From Hydrurus foetidus (Eukaryota), in the NCBI GenBank assembly GCA_900617105.1, contig UYFQ01000596.1:1-64000 (forward strand): DNA of 64,000 bases. Direction: 5' to 3'. Position numbers and translations under genes: made by a program. Shown one piece after another: positions 37,556-51,300 of the stretch. Every line of letters starts with the position of its first letter. Position 1 is the stretch's first letter. The notes beneath the pieces are model-generated. The model was not told where the DNA came from. It ran no database searches and worked only from the letters and a program-made list of their open reading frames with translations.

Positions 37556-39944
37556 ATGGTTAACGAATTACAGTTTATTCCACCAAAATTGGACGAGGAG
37601 ATAGCAAATGCGATGGCCATCGCCATTGCGATGAGTAGTCCCATCACTTACTGCGACTTTCGCGATGCAGAGACAATAATGCATGATTTGAGGAGTGTAG
37701 TGTATGGCTCTGTTCGTCGCGATGGCAAAAGTAATCGTTTAAAACAGGCCTTCGCAATCCCAAATTTAGTACATATACAGCTCGGACTTTCGCTGCATTG
37801 CCTACGAGTATACGTCTCAAGAACTTATTCTGTTCTCTTTCTTCAGTCCAGAAAGAAAAGCGACTTCTTCCATTATTTACATAGGCAATATAATGCTTAC
37901 AAAATGAAAATTTTGGGTGATGATACCACTGTAGGTAACGAATTAATAGAACCAATTAGAAATAACATTCGAAATTTCTTAGCTGAAGAAAGAGAGATCA
38001 TAGCATTACAAAAAAATGGCAGTAATGTTAGTGAAACAACTACCACTGTACCCCTTCAACAGCTGGATATCTCAGTACCTGCTACAGTAGGTGTACTTGA
38101 TGCTACTCTTCTCACTGATCCAGATGATACTTCAGTACTTCTTACTTTAGTAAAAAAAAATTGGTGAAGAAAAGAAATCGCTCCTCAATTAGAGAAATGA
38201 AATTGTCTTATGAATTAAAAAAAATGAAGCAGAAAGAAAATTATCACAAAGAAACATACATTAGAAGACCAATCAATAAAATAGTAGAAGAAATGATAGG
38301 AAACAAATTAGTTGATTTAGTCATGAAACAAAGCAAATACTATGATATTACTAATGGCAAATTGTGTCTATCGATAAGGACAGGAATATTCATACAAGAT
38401 TTAATTTCTAATTGCGGTTGCAGTCTAGAAAAATTGCCAATAATAATAGGAACAGTTCTAAGAATGCTATTTGGTAACATTGATGAAGTGAGCATGAAAA
38501 AAATTGTAAAGTGCACTAAGACATATACTACATCCTCTGAAAGGTCTGCATCTCTTGTAAGAGAACAGTCCAGCAGGACATTCATTATCCGGAATAATGA
38601 GAGCTCCGTCCTAAATGCGTATCTGATAATGGATGCAACAAATAAAGGAAACAAAAATTTAGTTGCTAAGTTATATAATTATGTTCGTGGTGATGGAGTC
38701 GTGCGATTAGGAGCATTGAATTTGGATAATACAGGTACTAATTTCAATATGACTACACATTAACAATGTAGTCAAAATACATATTTCTATGTAATACATT
38801 TAACATGACCAATATAAATACATTTCATGCAGTAACTAAAAAATCAAAGGGATCAGCAGCGCTCACAATAAGCAGTTTAACTAAAGAAGTGAGTGATGGA
38901 ATAGTATTTATATTTGGTGGTGTGACAGACGCATTTGGTGCAGCACAGGAGGAAATGTTGATGGTGCTAAAATACATTGACAGAAAGGCATTAGAAATAA
39001 GTCAGAATAATCCTGAATATTTAGTGAGAAAAAGCAGTGTTGTACCTGGTTTAATATACAATTATGAAGGCACCTTTAGACAAGCCTGTTTGAGGAGCTG
39101 CCAGATGCATAACTACGAGCGCGTCCTTCTCCCACTGCTAGATAATTTGTTGGGGAAACAAGGATTAGCACATGAGATGACAACATCACAGGGAATGTAT
39201 CGGGTAAATTACTACTGGGTTAAATTCAGGAATATGTTAGACACGCTGATTATTGATTCACTAGGGGGGGATGTGAACAAATATTTTGAAGCACCACCAG
39301 CAATGAAGAATTTGATTGGCAAGGTTGCACGTACACGATGGGTGTCAGCAGAAAGAACATCAAAAAAGTTAATGGATGCATTGAATGTACCAGCATCTCA
39401 AGCACTAATTGATAAAGTGTGTGCATATTTCGGTGGTGAAGATTCAGTAGAGTGGAAAGAGGGGTCCAAGTTCTGTACCTGTGTCGGGGCTACAGGAACA
39501 TCTCACTTGATGCTCGCCTTCTGGTGGTTAGCTAATCATACCCCTGGGGAAAAAAAGGGGGAAGGAGTAATAGGGTGTATGAGCGTGGTTGGTTTTCTTG
39601 GTGCACCGCATCATAGAGTGTGTTTAAAATTGGCTGATGCGCTATATAAAATACATATAAAATGGGCGGAATTTTCAGATAGATCAACTGAAATTGGAAC
39701 TGCACATGCAATAAGTACAAGAGCAATAGAGAATGTTATATTTGAGAGACAATTTGTTATGGAAATGTTTCTATTGTGCAGTGATTGGGAAAGAAAACTA
39801 CCAGGTATTACTGAGTATGTTGAGTTTGAGTCAAAAAGAGCACTTAAATTGGAATTAATTGGTGATGAAAATGAACTAGTCAAATATTTCAAAAACATTA
39901 TGAACGACGGATGCAAAGAAATAATGGATATTGTGAGTGAGTAG
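37556..39944 (+). pseudogene. hAT-like transposase, frameshifted and ending at a simple-repeat block
   Basis: IMDAT (D1), VTDA (D2), CQMH (CxxH) and ARTRW, in hAT order; AT-rich coding. Confidence 0.65.
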
Positions 39945-39979
39945 GGACTGCGAGTTGGAAGTGGTGAAACTGTTGGTCC

Positions 39980-40172
39980 TCAGTGAATGAATAAATAAAG
40001 TAAATGAATAAATAATAAAATAAAAATCATCATCATCATCGAAATAAAATAAAATGAAATAAGAAATGATGAATGAAATAAAGAAATAAAGATAAATGCA
40101 TGATAAATCGCGTAAAATGAAATGAAATCTATAAATAATCATGAAAATAACATCATCATCATCATCATCATG

Positions 40173-40243
<71 letters not shown>

Positions 40244-40244
40244 G

Positions 40245-40305
<61 letters not shown>

Positions 40306-40795
40306 GTGAGAGTGAGTGAGAATTGAGTAAGTGAGTGAGTGCATGAATGAGATGATTGGGGGTACATCAATAGAGTGAGTGAGTGCATGAGTGAGAATAG
40401 TGGTATGAGATGATGAGTGATTGAGTGAATGAGTGATGCATCAGTGCATGATGAGTGAGGCAGTGGGTGAGTGAGTGATGAGTGAGTGCACGATCAGTGA
40501 GTGCATGATGAGGTGTGTGAGTGAGTGCATGAATAAGTGAGTGAGTGGTAGGAATGTAGTGAGCGAGTGAGTGAGTGAGTGAGTGATTGATTGAGTGAGT
40601 GCAGTGAGTGAGTGAGTGTATGAATGAGTGGTGAGTGGTGAGTGAGTGAGTGGTGAGTGAGTGCATGGTGGTTGCCATGATTAATGAGAATGACGAGACA
40701 GAGTGTGCAGTAGAGATCTACCTATGTGAGAGGAGAAAGCGAGAGAGAGAGAGAGAGATTGTGTGTGAGCGAGCGAGCGAGAGAGAGAGAAGATG
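39980..40795. repeat. Compound simple repeats: AT-rich, (CAT)n about 40150-40304, (GAGT)n, (GA)n
   Basis: Directly visible. Confidence 0.97.
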
Positions 40796-40882
40796 GAATA
40801 GAGATAGTCAAAACAGGCACTCAACAAAATTCCAAGCTTTTTCACTGATTGTACATCCATGGCTGTTTCTCTGTGCTTAACG

Positions 40883-41112
40883 TCCCCAGCAATATATGGT
40901 TCTTGTGTTTAACACGGATTGCTGAGGACGGCAGAGGAGCCATTTATCTTAAGATGATAAATGGCTCCTCTACGAAATCCTCGGCTGTTTCACTGACAAA
41001 CAGCGATCCTTGGCTGTTTCACTGACAAACAGCAATCCTTGGCTGCTTTAATTTCATCATTGGTGTCCCCAGCGATCTGTGGTGCTTGCGTTTAACACAG
41101 ATCGCTGGGGAC
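40883..41112. other. Cluster of short hairpins
   Basis: Two copies of a 17-bp-stem hairpin, one 16-bp-stem hairpin, and a 29-bp tandem repeat with an internal stem. Confidence 0.8.
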
Positions 41113-42129
41113 GGCAGCGAAATTCCTGATGATAATTCGAGTTAGGAACATATATGAGCTAATCTGATTGAAAGCCATTGAGGAGAAGTCATCATGCAAC
41201 ATGAAAATCAAAATTACAGGGAATCAAACACATTTCCCAGACTCCAGCACCAGAAAAAGTCACCCAATTTTTAGGGAAAAAATATGGCACTTGGATGTTC
41301 ACAGAAAGATGAGCTCACCATCAATTGGAAAATTACCGGCGGCTCCAGATGACCTACGATGTGCTCGCACTTTTTCCTGATTCTCGGGCAACAGAACGAG
41401 TGGCAAGAGGGTCAGCAAGGTTTTGAAAATCATCAACATAAGATGCTGCAAAAACAAAATTCAGTTGTAGTCCAGAGCAACATTTGAGTATCGAACCTGG
41501 TAAAGTTGGCCTTCTGGAGAAGCCCAAGCTACTCAGAAGCTCCACCGCTAGAGAAATGGTGGAGCTCTGGTATCAGCTAGAATTGTGCGCAGAGACGAAT
41601 ATACTGGATGACAGTTGGGTACACTTCCAAACTTTGGGTACTTTTTCACGATTCTCAAATCCGTAACAGGAAGAATTTAAAATACTGACGTTTAGTGCCC
41701 TATCATCATCAATAAATTTTTATATTCAATTCCCTTCGGCCAAATCACTAATCTTTACATGGTCTACAACATGCGCTATTCAGAAGTCAATAATTCGATC
41801 ATTGAAAATAGTTGTGGGTGAAAGACTGAAAAGGTGTTATGGACCAAGAACTTCTAGCTAATCTATCTAAGGATGACTGTCGTTTATGTTGGAAATCTGG
41901 GCGATTTACACGGAATTTCTTCCGAGTTTCCAAACGATCCCTGCACTTCCGACTGCTAGCAACGCTCGCTCAAAAGAGAAGAAGACGTTCTATTCGGTAA
42001 GTTGGATTAAACGACAGTGTCATGCTGTCGATTACATCTAGGTAGCATAACATGAGTGCGAGGGTTGCGGTCAATGTTATCGCTGAATGTACGTACACCC
42101 GTGCATGAAAACAATCATACATCACACAG

Positions 42130-45100
42130 GGCGGCGGAGTATTATCTAAAATAATCGCGTCATGGTCAAAACTCGTTTGGGGTTGACGAAACTTTTTCAT
42201 TTTTACGAGACTTGACTTCTAACTTGAACCAAGCTGCTTTTAGTTGTACTTGACTATGGATGACATTAGAAGTGATAGTTAGAGCTGTAATCATTAACAA
42301 AAAGACAGTTTTTAAGATTCCGCGAGTCAAATCAAATTATTTATATTTTTATTTTTCTTATAGCATATTAAATCTGTACGATTGCGTGATCAATCTTTCC
42401 TATTTCTTATTTTATTATCCTCACGAGACAAAAACGCAATATTAGTAAAGTTGTTACAAGGGAGAGAAGAGAAATCGCCTCTGCCATGCATTTGGATGAA
42501 TTCTGCATCGGCATCACTTACAAAAGCGTTCTTTGTTTTCTTGCTCTTTTTAGCTCTTTTCTTAGATCCTGATACCAAGGCACTTTCGACACCATTAGCC
42601 TCGTCATCCTCATCTTCGTCGGGTCCACTTTCTTCTGTGTCGTCGACAACTTCATTACCACCTACGTTATCATCAAATGCCTCATCTTCATTACTTTCTC
42701 TGTTTTCAATTCCTGTAGCATCATCCTCCTTTTGTTCCTGTAGAACATCTACTTGAGCGATGTTTCCAGTCTTTGATCGTTTCCCTCTGCTAACTTTAGC
42801 AATAATTGTGAATGACTTGTTCTTCCACCCTTTGCTGAGACCTACATCACATAATGGATATTGATTGGTAACTATGGGTTTCTCTGTATCCTCTCCACAA
42901 TGATAGCAAGTTTTCTTGTGATGATCCAATAAGTAAATCTGCAAAAGTAAGACAAAAGGATTAGTATCAGATTAAAGATTCTGAAGTCAACACATCGACA
43001 ATATCTTTAAAAAAATGTTCTTTTACGTACTTTTTCATCAACTGGATGTAAACAACTTAATACAAGATTCCCGCTGAATGTAGCACAATACGGTCGCGAT
43101 ACAGCTTTATCAAAGTCGATCGAAGATACTATCTCAGAGAAGTCAGTCCCGCATGTAAAGTTCAAAGATTGGTTCTCTAGAAACGCGTCGACTTTAATTT
43201 TATCATTTGAACTTATTTTTTTGCCTGCAACTAAGAATACTCCTCTTGGCTTTCCACAGCTTTTACAACGTAGAGTGCTATAAATGTTTTTCACATGACA
43301 AAGTGTATGCGGCTTGATTTCTGCACCTGAAAGATTAAAAAGTGCAAAATGAAAAATGACAAGTGAAAATGACAAGTGAAATATAAAAAATGAAAGATAC
43401 TCACCTTTAGTGTTGACAGGTGGGACAGCCCATTTTGATTTAGCCTCAACTGAAGATAGACTTGGAACGAAAGTGTCACCAGAGTTTTTGTTTCCTTTTT
43501 TAATTCTTTCTTTAGCAGCTTGATATGATATGTAGGGAGAATTAATCCCTTTATCTAGTGGGTCTTTATCTGGGCATGGCATGAAAGATGATAGGACGAA
43601 ACCGGACAGCGGCTGGGTTGGTCTCCTACAACCGAAAGGACATGTTGGATGGACTAATCCTTCAAAATTATCTGGATTCCTTCCTGCTTCAATTTCTTCA
43701 TTAGCTGTCTTTACCCAACAGATTGCCATCACTTGGAATAAGTAGGCAGATTTAAAACAGTGTGTTTCGATGAAATCGTTCATACTATTTTTCTTACTGA
43801 ACATCTCTTTCATCTTTGCCGAAGAGAAAACATCCGACTTCAGATAGGTCTGTTGCGTGAATTCACCAATAGCTGGATCAAGATAGTTGAGAACTTGAAC
43901 AAAATCCTTCATCTCCTCATTATCAGGAATGTAGCCCCTTTCAATTTCTCTATCAGTCCAAGTTAAGTTTAGAAAGCGTTTAGTCATTTCCTCACATGCA
44001 CCGCCTACAGATATGTCAGCAGCTTTTAGGAAGTCCACATTTTCTTCCAAACGTTGTCGCAACTGTGACATGTTTCCCGAAGATCTCCATTTTTGCTCGA
44101 GTAGTTCGGAAGAAGCCATTAAAGAATCTCTATCGCTGCCGACATTCGAGTCAGGATCTGGTACCATTTTTAATCTTGAGAAACACATGGAGTATAGACC
44201 TAAGTTGAGAACTGACATTACTCTTTCGACCTCGTTGGTCCAGCTATTTTGTGGACAAGATCGACAAACAACCAAAATATCGAAAGTGACTATACGCCAC
44301 ATAATGATAAGCGCAATTTGAACCGACGTAAAGTTGAGATTGTGCTCTGGCCCACCATCTGTCAACAGTATTCCAATATACTGTTCATCTTTTCTTTCTC
44401 GTATTAAAAGCTTTGATAATTCAGTGTGTGCACGTACAACCGTGCTAGGTTGCATGATGCTTGATTTTACTGCAACGTACACCTGGCCTTGATAAAATGA
44501 GTCCGAGGATTCTTCCGGTATGTCACTGATGAGAGTTACTGTTGGAACAGCATTGTCCCTGCTTGAACCCGCATCGTGATCACCACCCGCAAATAGAGTC
44601 ATGTGACCTACTCCATCTATAGGGTGTAATGTCGGCCGACTTCGCTCTGTAGCTAATGCCTGGCGATCGGGCTCGCCGATGGGTACCTGTAGTATTCATT
44701 TGTAAATTTGATACATCAACGCAAAGTATCGTAACGATGATTGAAAAAACAAACAACTACTTACCTTATTTTTATCGTCGACTTGTACAAATATCGCATA
44801 ATCTTTGTTCTCAACTGCAAACTCTTTAAGATACATTTTTAATGTTTGTGTGTAATCGAAGTCTTGGTGTCTTACATGATTCGTTCGACTGGAAGAGTAT
44901 AATGTAAACGGTAACTCACTAAAATACCTATTTGCTTTAGAAATGTATTCATTTCGTGGACAGAATTGTTTTCTTGTGTAATCTAATGACGGTATATTGT
45001 CATACACTTTCTGGTGATCTACTTCATCTGTATCAGTATTTGTGAACCTCACTGTTATTATCTTACTCACTAATCGATGCAATTCACTAATTGTTGACAC

Positions 45101-47709
45101 ATGTGAAACTGCTTCTTGGCTTCCATGTCTTTTTGCTAATGCCCCCTCGACTTTCCTTCTGCAGAGATCATTGCACAATTCAAAGAAAATGCTGTATTTT
45201 CCTGGTTTTTCGATCACGTTCAATATATCGACAATAACTGAACTATTAATATCATTATTTAACATTATTTCATTTGCTAATTCAGAACTTTTTTTAGATT
45301 TGGTTATTCCTCTTATAAGACTTTCTAATTTCTTCGTCATTGCTTTTATTCCTTTTGATTCCTTAAATATATCATCGATATTAGTCTTCAAATGCACCAA
45401 TGCATTTGATTTTATATCCTCATTTATTAATTCAAGGACTTCATTGTATTTTTTTAGTACTTCGGGACAATGGACATCGACACCAATTGGTAATGCTATA
45501 AGATAACGAATTAAACGGTGATCAGACTCATTCTGTCGTTTGACAAGAATAAAAGCTCTTCCGAAGTGTGCTCCTTGTTTGCACTTTAATATATTCTGAT
45601 AGTATTCAAATCTGTGTTGCCGTACCTAAATAAGGTATGAAAAACATTTTATAATGTTGTTTTTAAGCATGAGAATATGTATTTAATCTATCAGATTTAC
45701 CTTGTTTTCATAAAGAGATAATGAAAGAGTTCCCCATTCTGGAAGCGCAATAAATGCCGCTGATGCATCCTTATAGTTTTTATTTATAACTCCTCGTGTC
45801 TCATAGTTAATCATTTCCAAGTGAAGAGAATTCGCAAACGAGAAATTATTGACTTGGATTAGTGCGGCTATTTCTAGTTGATTAGCAACGCTCCTCCTAT
45901 TGCTTTCACTACGTTGCGTATTTTTCTTTTTTTTGTTTATTAAGAAATTTTTCAGCACCAAAATCCTGTTGTTAATCGACGGCCACGGTGGCGATTTACA
46001 ATAATTAAACAAATCACTACCGAGAATTGGTGCTATAGCTTTCAAAAGCTTTTCACATCCTAATGCAATTGAAAAGACATTAAAGTAGAGTTACTTTTTA
46101 TTAAGGCCAGAATTAGAGTACGAAATCGTTCTACAACATACCTGGATTGTCAATATGATTCTCGTCGTCACGATCAGAATAGGGTCTATTCGCATCATAA
46201 AAGAAAAGACTTAAAAATGGGCACGCACTGAATGATGCATCAGCTGCTACGATTTTGTTCCATCTCTTATTCAAGTTTTTCAGGAAGATGCACAGGTTCG
46301 AGATAAAAATATAGATTTGGTGGTCCTTGTTGTTGATGACAGCGGACGCAAAACGAATTTCATGATGCAAGAAGTATCGCTGTACAATAGCCGTCCACTG
46401 GATCTCAACAAAAGGTTCGTGATTAAACATTCTTGATTTCCATAGCTGGCACCACTCAGCACGCAATAGCGGCAGGTGGTCGCCGCTTTCGTCATCTTGG
46501 AGTTGTAACCTCGCTTCTTTCCGCTCGGAGATTGATTTGAAAAGCGGAAATTTTGCGACACTCACAGGGGTCGCGGCGACAGGATCATAAATGTGCTTGG
46601 AGTGCAACTTGAAAGTTACATTGAAGAGAGGGTCAAACTCGTTGATGACCTCATCCCATAGTGCAGTTGGATTTATGACAGTCACCGATATTGTGCTACC
46701 AGAGTCCCGATCTTTGCCGCTAAAAATCGTTCGATGTAATCCCCGGTCACTACTGATACATTGATCGCTGAACACGGTCTGACAAGCCTCAAGAAATATG
46801 GCGTTTATAGTTTGTCCACTCTCAAAATTATCCTCCACCCGGTAAAATGATAGTGATGTCGCTGCTGCAGGAGACAACGGCAGCGCAGTATCGGGATCAA
46901 CAAGAGCTAACTTCAAAGAGACCATTTTGACGGGGGAAAAGACTTCGGTAAACGATTCGGGAAGATGACGATGCTGGACAGTTGCTGTAAATGTTGAACC
47001 ATGAAGTTTCTATGTCTAGTGTGCGACGCGCAATGGAATGTGACGATCGATAATGAACATCGAGGGAGAATCGAGAGTCAGAGATTGGGATCGTGGGTTT
47101 GATTCCGTATCAGGAATTTTTGATTAATTGTATGGTACAAGATCCCTGACTTGGAATTAGGTCCGAGGTCCTCACACACATTACATGTTATACTATCTCT
47201 CAAACGACGGAGACAAAAATAAAAATTTCTGTCTCACCAAAGTAGCCAAATTTGTTCTGCAATTTGCCCTAAAGGGTTAGAAGCCAAGCTATCCGTATCC
47301 AAACATGTTTTGGAAGATATTTTTGGAGCTAGAACTCGGCTCAGTTGAAGACAAATGCTTTATAAAAAATCGTTTCAGTCTTCGATATTCAGTAACGCTC
47401 CGATGCCAGCTACTGTGTACCACACATACCGCTTATATAATCGATAAGAGCAAAATCTGTCTTAATCTTGTACCACATTTGATTTATATCACAAACTGCC
47501 GATTATAAAATTGGCCAGTCAAAAAGGAAAAGCCTAACCTGACGTAAGTAGCGCATTTCAGACTAGCCTGGAGCCAGTAAGCATGCATTGGGTAGGCTGG
47601 GAGGGCTTAAATTAACAATATCCCTAAGTTTCGCGAATCTCAAAAAGTTTCGTGGTTTGGCCGTGAGGGGGGGGGGGTACGCGATTATTTTAGATAATAC
47701 TCCGCCGCC
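42130..47709 (-). mobile_element. Zator-like DNA transposon, 5580 bp
   Basis: Perfect 31-bp TIR GGCGGCGGAGTATTATCTAAAATAATCGCGT. The 3-bp CAG TSD is confirmed against the empty site in LTR 61358-61636. Confidence 0.92.
42390..46925 (-). CDS. Zator-like transposase, multi-exon, with C-terminal Cys clusters
   Basis: VDDKNK|VPIGE across intron 44687-44764; DHD; TDGGPEH; SWTNEVERVMS; CKSCGKPR; CYHCG. Confidence 0.75.
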
Positions 47710-48344
47710 CAGGGTACAAGATCCTAGTCTAATCCGGACAGAACTGGTCTGAAACTTGAAACTCTCTATCGAGTTACAGTAGCAGTTCCTCTTCGAATAA
47801 GTCTGCCTTTCGGATCCTGGATCCAGTCAGAGCACCTGGTTGATAGCAGTGGTTCGTTCAGAACACACTTTGCTTTCAGCTAGTCGACCAAGTCGTTCCA
47901 ACAGCTCACTCAAGTGTAGGTATAATGGCTCACAGCCATATAGTCTCTTTTAATTAGAAGTGCTCATCATGTCAAAACAAAGCAGTTCATGGCTAGCTAT
48001 ACTAGCTATAGTTGACTGTTCACAGTCATCATCAGTTGCAACTTCCAGTACAGTTCGAGTGATGGTCTTGAGTCTGAAAACGCTACCCTCGCTCCTCCGC
48101 TTGGGCTTAGATGATATTACCCCAAAGGGATTTCCCCCAAGGGGATCGTCCCCGTAGGGATAGCTATGCTATATCCAACACACCCCTAATGTCATAAGCA
48201 TTCAGGCGGTACATTTGTATTTCCTCGTGAAAATGTAACACAAATCATGTTTGTATCTATCGTAAGCTATAGTGATCAGACAAGTTTTGTTGCTAATAAA
48301 AATTTGAAAAAATAGCTCAACTGTAAGTCAATAATGTGAAGTAC

Positions 48345-51300
48345 TTAATTTCCTAAAATTTTCTTCACCATCTTGGAAAAAACTGTTCCTTGCAATGGTT
48401 TTGTGAAGTAATCAGACGTCATATCCTCGGTTGGAACGTAGACAATGTTTACAGCACCGATGCGGATGTAGTCTGATATCCAGAATTTTCGCACCTCAAT
48501 GAACCGGGTGGTTTCTGCGGTAGACCGACCTTTTGTAAGCAGCGTGATGCATGATTGATTGTCTTGTTCCAGCCTCACTGGAATCTTGCCGTGTCCTTGG
48601 TAAGCAATAAATCCTGCAAGCCAGAGCGGAATGTTCATGCCGTCAGATACTGCAATGATCTCAGACTCTGTACTTGACTTGGAATTTAGCTTCTGGACCT
48701 TGGAACTCGAAATGAAATTCCCCACCCCTAATGTGACACACATTCCTGAGGTTGATTTCATCAAATCACGGTTGGCAAATGCAGCATCAATGGATACTGT
48801 TACTGTCGGGGGCAAAGTACACCCCAGTCGTAATGGCTTGTCTCTGGTAGCCCTCAGATAGCATATGAGCCTATCGAGTTTCTTGTCGTCTTCAATTGTT
48901 GGTGCCTTTACACGTTTGCAAAGTTCACCCAACACTAATACAATGTCTGGGCGAGTTCGGTTCCCCAGGTAGAGTGCTGTAGCAACGTCGGTATGGAAGG
49001 TTTTAGCATCTTTCTCACTTAGGAATTCGCAGTCCAAGGTCCGCTCAAATAGGTGTGGGGCACCCGGTGATGATGGGTTCCCGATGAGCTTCATACCTCG
49101 TTCAGCATGGCTCTTTTCCCTTGATGAGATCAGATCTTGAATCATTCCAATCTGCGTGACGTTCACAAATCCTGGCTCATTGTAATCCCACATGCATCCT
49201 AGGTACGGTAGAACTCGCTCTTGAGTGGTACGAAATTGACCGTACGTTCTCAGCAAAATTTGCTCCATGTCAAGAACCGCTTTCTTGTCCACACACGTCA
49301 TCTTTAAGTCATCTACGTAGACTAGGATCGTGAATTGGTTGCCTTTGACGTCCTTATTAAAGACGCAAATATCGCGCGGGTTAGCCGTGAAACCATTGGA
49401 CCGTAAAGTTCCGGCTATTTCGTTATACCAGAGTTTGGCGGACTCGATACACCCGTAAAGTGCTTTGTCTAGTCTCACTACTAGGCCTCCATTGTGTCTT
49501 CTGTAACGTAAGAAAGAGATGTCTTGTTTGATGATTGCGTCGGCCACATTCTTATCAATATACATATGGAGTATTTTATCCGGTTTTTCCATCGGCATAT
49601 CAGCGTTGAGGTATGCGGACCCAACGTCCCCGACCATGACGAAACGGTTTTCTACAGCAGCAATCTGTGCAACTGTAAAGATGGCAGCTATGCTCGCTGT
49701 TGGTGATTCAACTTCATCTGGTGCATAGTCCTCTCTAACTTGAGCACGCCCGTCCACACAGAACCGCGCCTTGACCTTGTCGATTTGGCGATCACCATCA
49801 GAGTTTACCGTTGGAAGGTATTTCTCCACAACATTCATGTTTGAACGCAGTATCTTCTGCTTCTGTGTAGGCGACAGTTGTTCCATGTGCACCCCCGAAA
49901 ATGTCCCCTTTGCAAGTAGTGATTTGACCTCTGACTCAATTGCTGCAGTAGCCTTGTCCGGAAAAAGTTTCAGTGCCCGAGTAACTGTCATAAATGACCA
50001 CTCACCCCTAATTCCTTCTTTCTGCGTTGGAATAGGTAGTTTGTCGGCTACTAAGTTGAGTCGGTCTGGTGGCTTTCTGGTTCTCGTTGATTTCTGGCGC
50101 ATTTCAACAGGTGCACTGGGTACGTACGTACGCACAGTGGTAGTAGGTGGTGCCGCTGGTTGCTCCTCCGGTACTGCTTCAAATGTAGTTTCTGGTCCGG
50201 ATACTTCGTCAGAAGCTGGGATGGTATGGTTTGTGTCGACCGCTGATTCCATTTCACCCCGAATCTCAATTTGGTCTTGAGTAATTTGAGGTTCCATCAC
50301 GGTATCAAGCGTGTCGGTCTCATCCGGGAACACCGGTAAAATTGGAGGTGTGTGTCGGAACTGGATAGTAGGCTCCTCATCTGAAGGTGTATCCATTATG
50401 ACCACATCATCAACTGCATCTCCAGTGATGTCTCTATCATGGAATGTGAATGTTGGTTCTTTTGATGTGTGTATTTTATTCTTCGATGCCCACCCGTTTA
50501 CAGTGGTAATGACGAGCGGAGGTATCGGTAACACCACGTAGTGGTTGGCTGATATGACACTCCTTGTGTCAATGCGCATGAAGGTATGAGTACCTGTTCC
50601 ATTCATCTTTGGCTCTAGGTATAGGCATCCAATGGTTCGTGGATCCATGCTGTTGCTAAGCACCCTGCCGGTGACTTGGCAGTATGAGCCGAATGGAGGT
50701 CCGATATCTTTTTTCGTGTCAGCCTTTCTGCCGAAGAATGCTTCGAAAGGAGAAATCCTATCTGTTCTTGTTGATGAGGGAAAGAGCAAAAGCTTCTTCG
50801 CCGAGCTCATCACAAGGTGAGGCATGAGTATATCCGGTAGCAAGTATGGTAGACTGAAGATGGTACACCGGATGGTCTCCTTTAAGTGCCTGATCATTCT
50901 TTCAATAACATGATCGTGTTGCCCTGGACCAACGGCAATCACCTCTACTCCCATGGCATTCATGTCATTGACTAGTGCCGCAATGCCACGTTCATTATCA
51001 CTTGTAAATTTCACGATGGAAATGCGTCGGGACCCGATGGTACCGAACATGCGCCTGATACTCTGCCTGAGTACCGGTGTCGTGAGGTTTTCAGTGCATG
51101 CTACCAAAACGATTCCCAATGGGTGAGTAATCGATACTAAGTAGGGCTGTCGATTTACAAACATGATATCGCAATGCATGTGTTGGTCGTCGAAGTGACG
51201 GGCCGTCGTAGGTAGTTGAGGTGGCGTCATAGGCCTCAGCCTGGTAGTGCGTCCTTTGAGTGCAGCAGCGTTTGCTCCCCAAATTTCTGTGGCACGCGTG

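Larger units (their letters stand above)
41887..47738 (-). repeat. Copia family C 5' LTR (41887-42129 plus 47713-47738), split by the Zator insertion
   Basis: Matches LTR 61358-61636 with about 6 substitutions in the left part; the sequence resumes GGTAC..GATCCTAGTCTAATCCGGA after the insertion. Confidence 0.93.

Noticed and set aside
39876..40880. Poly-Asp, poly-Ile and His/Ser/Leu/Thr ORFs
   Set aside because: Translations of the CAT, GAGT and GA microsatellites.
40918..40990. Hammerhead ribozyme (CTGAGGA...stem...GAAA)
   Set aside because: Stem II closure is wrong, no stem I/III with a UH site could be built, and GCTGAGGA pairs better with downstream TCCTCGGC.
47960..48157. Identical 65-aa ORFs here and at 53449-53646
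   Set aside because: Incidental ORFs within the two LTR copies.
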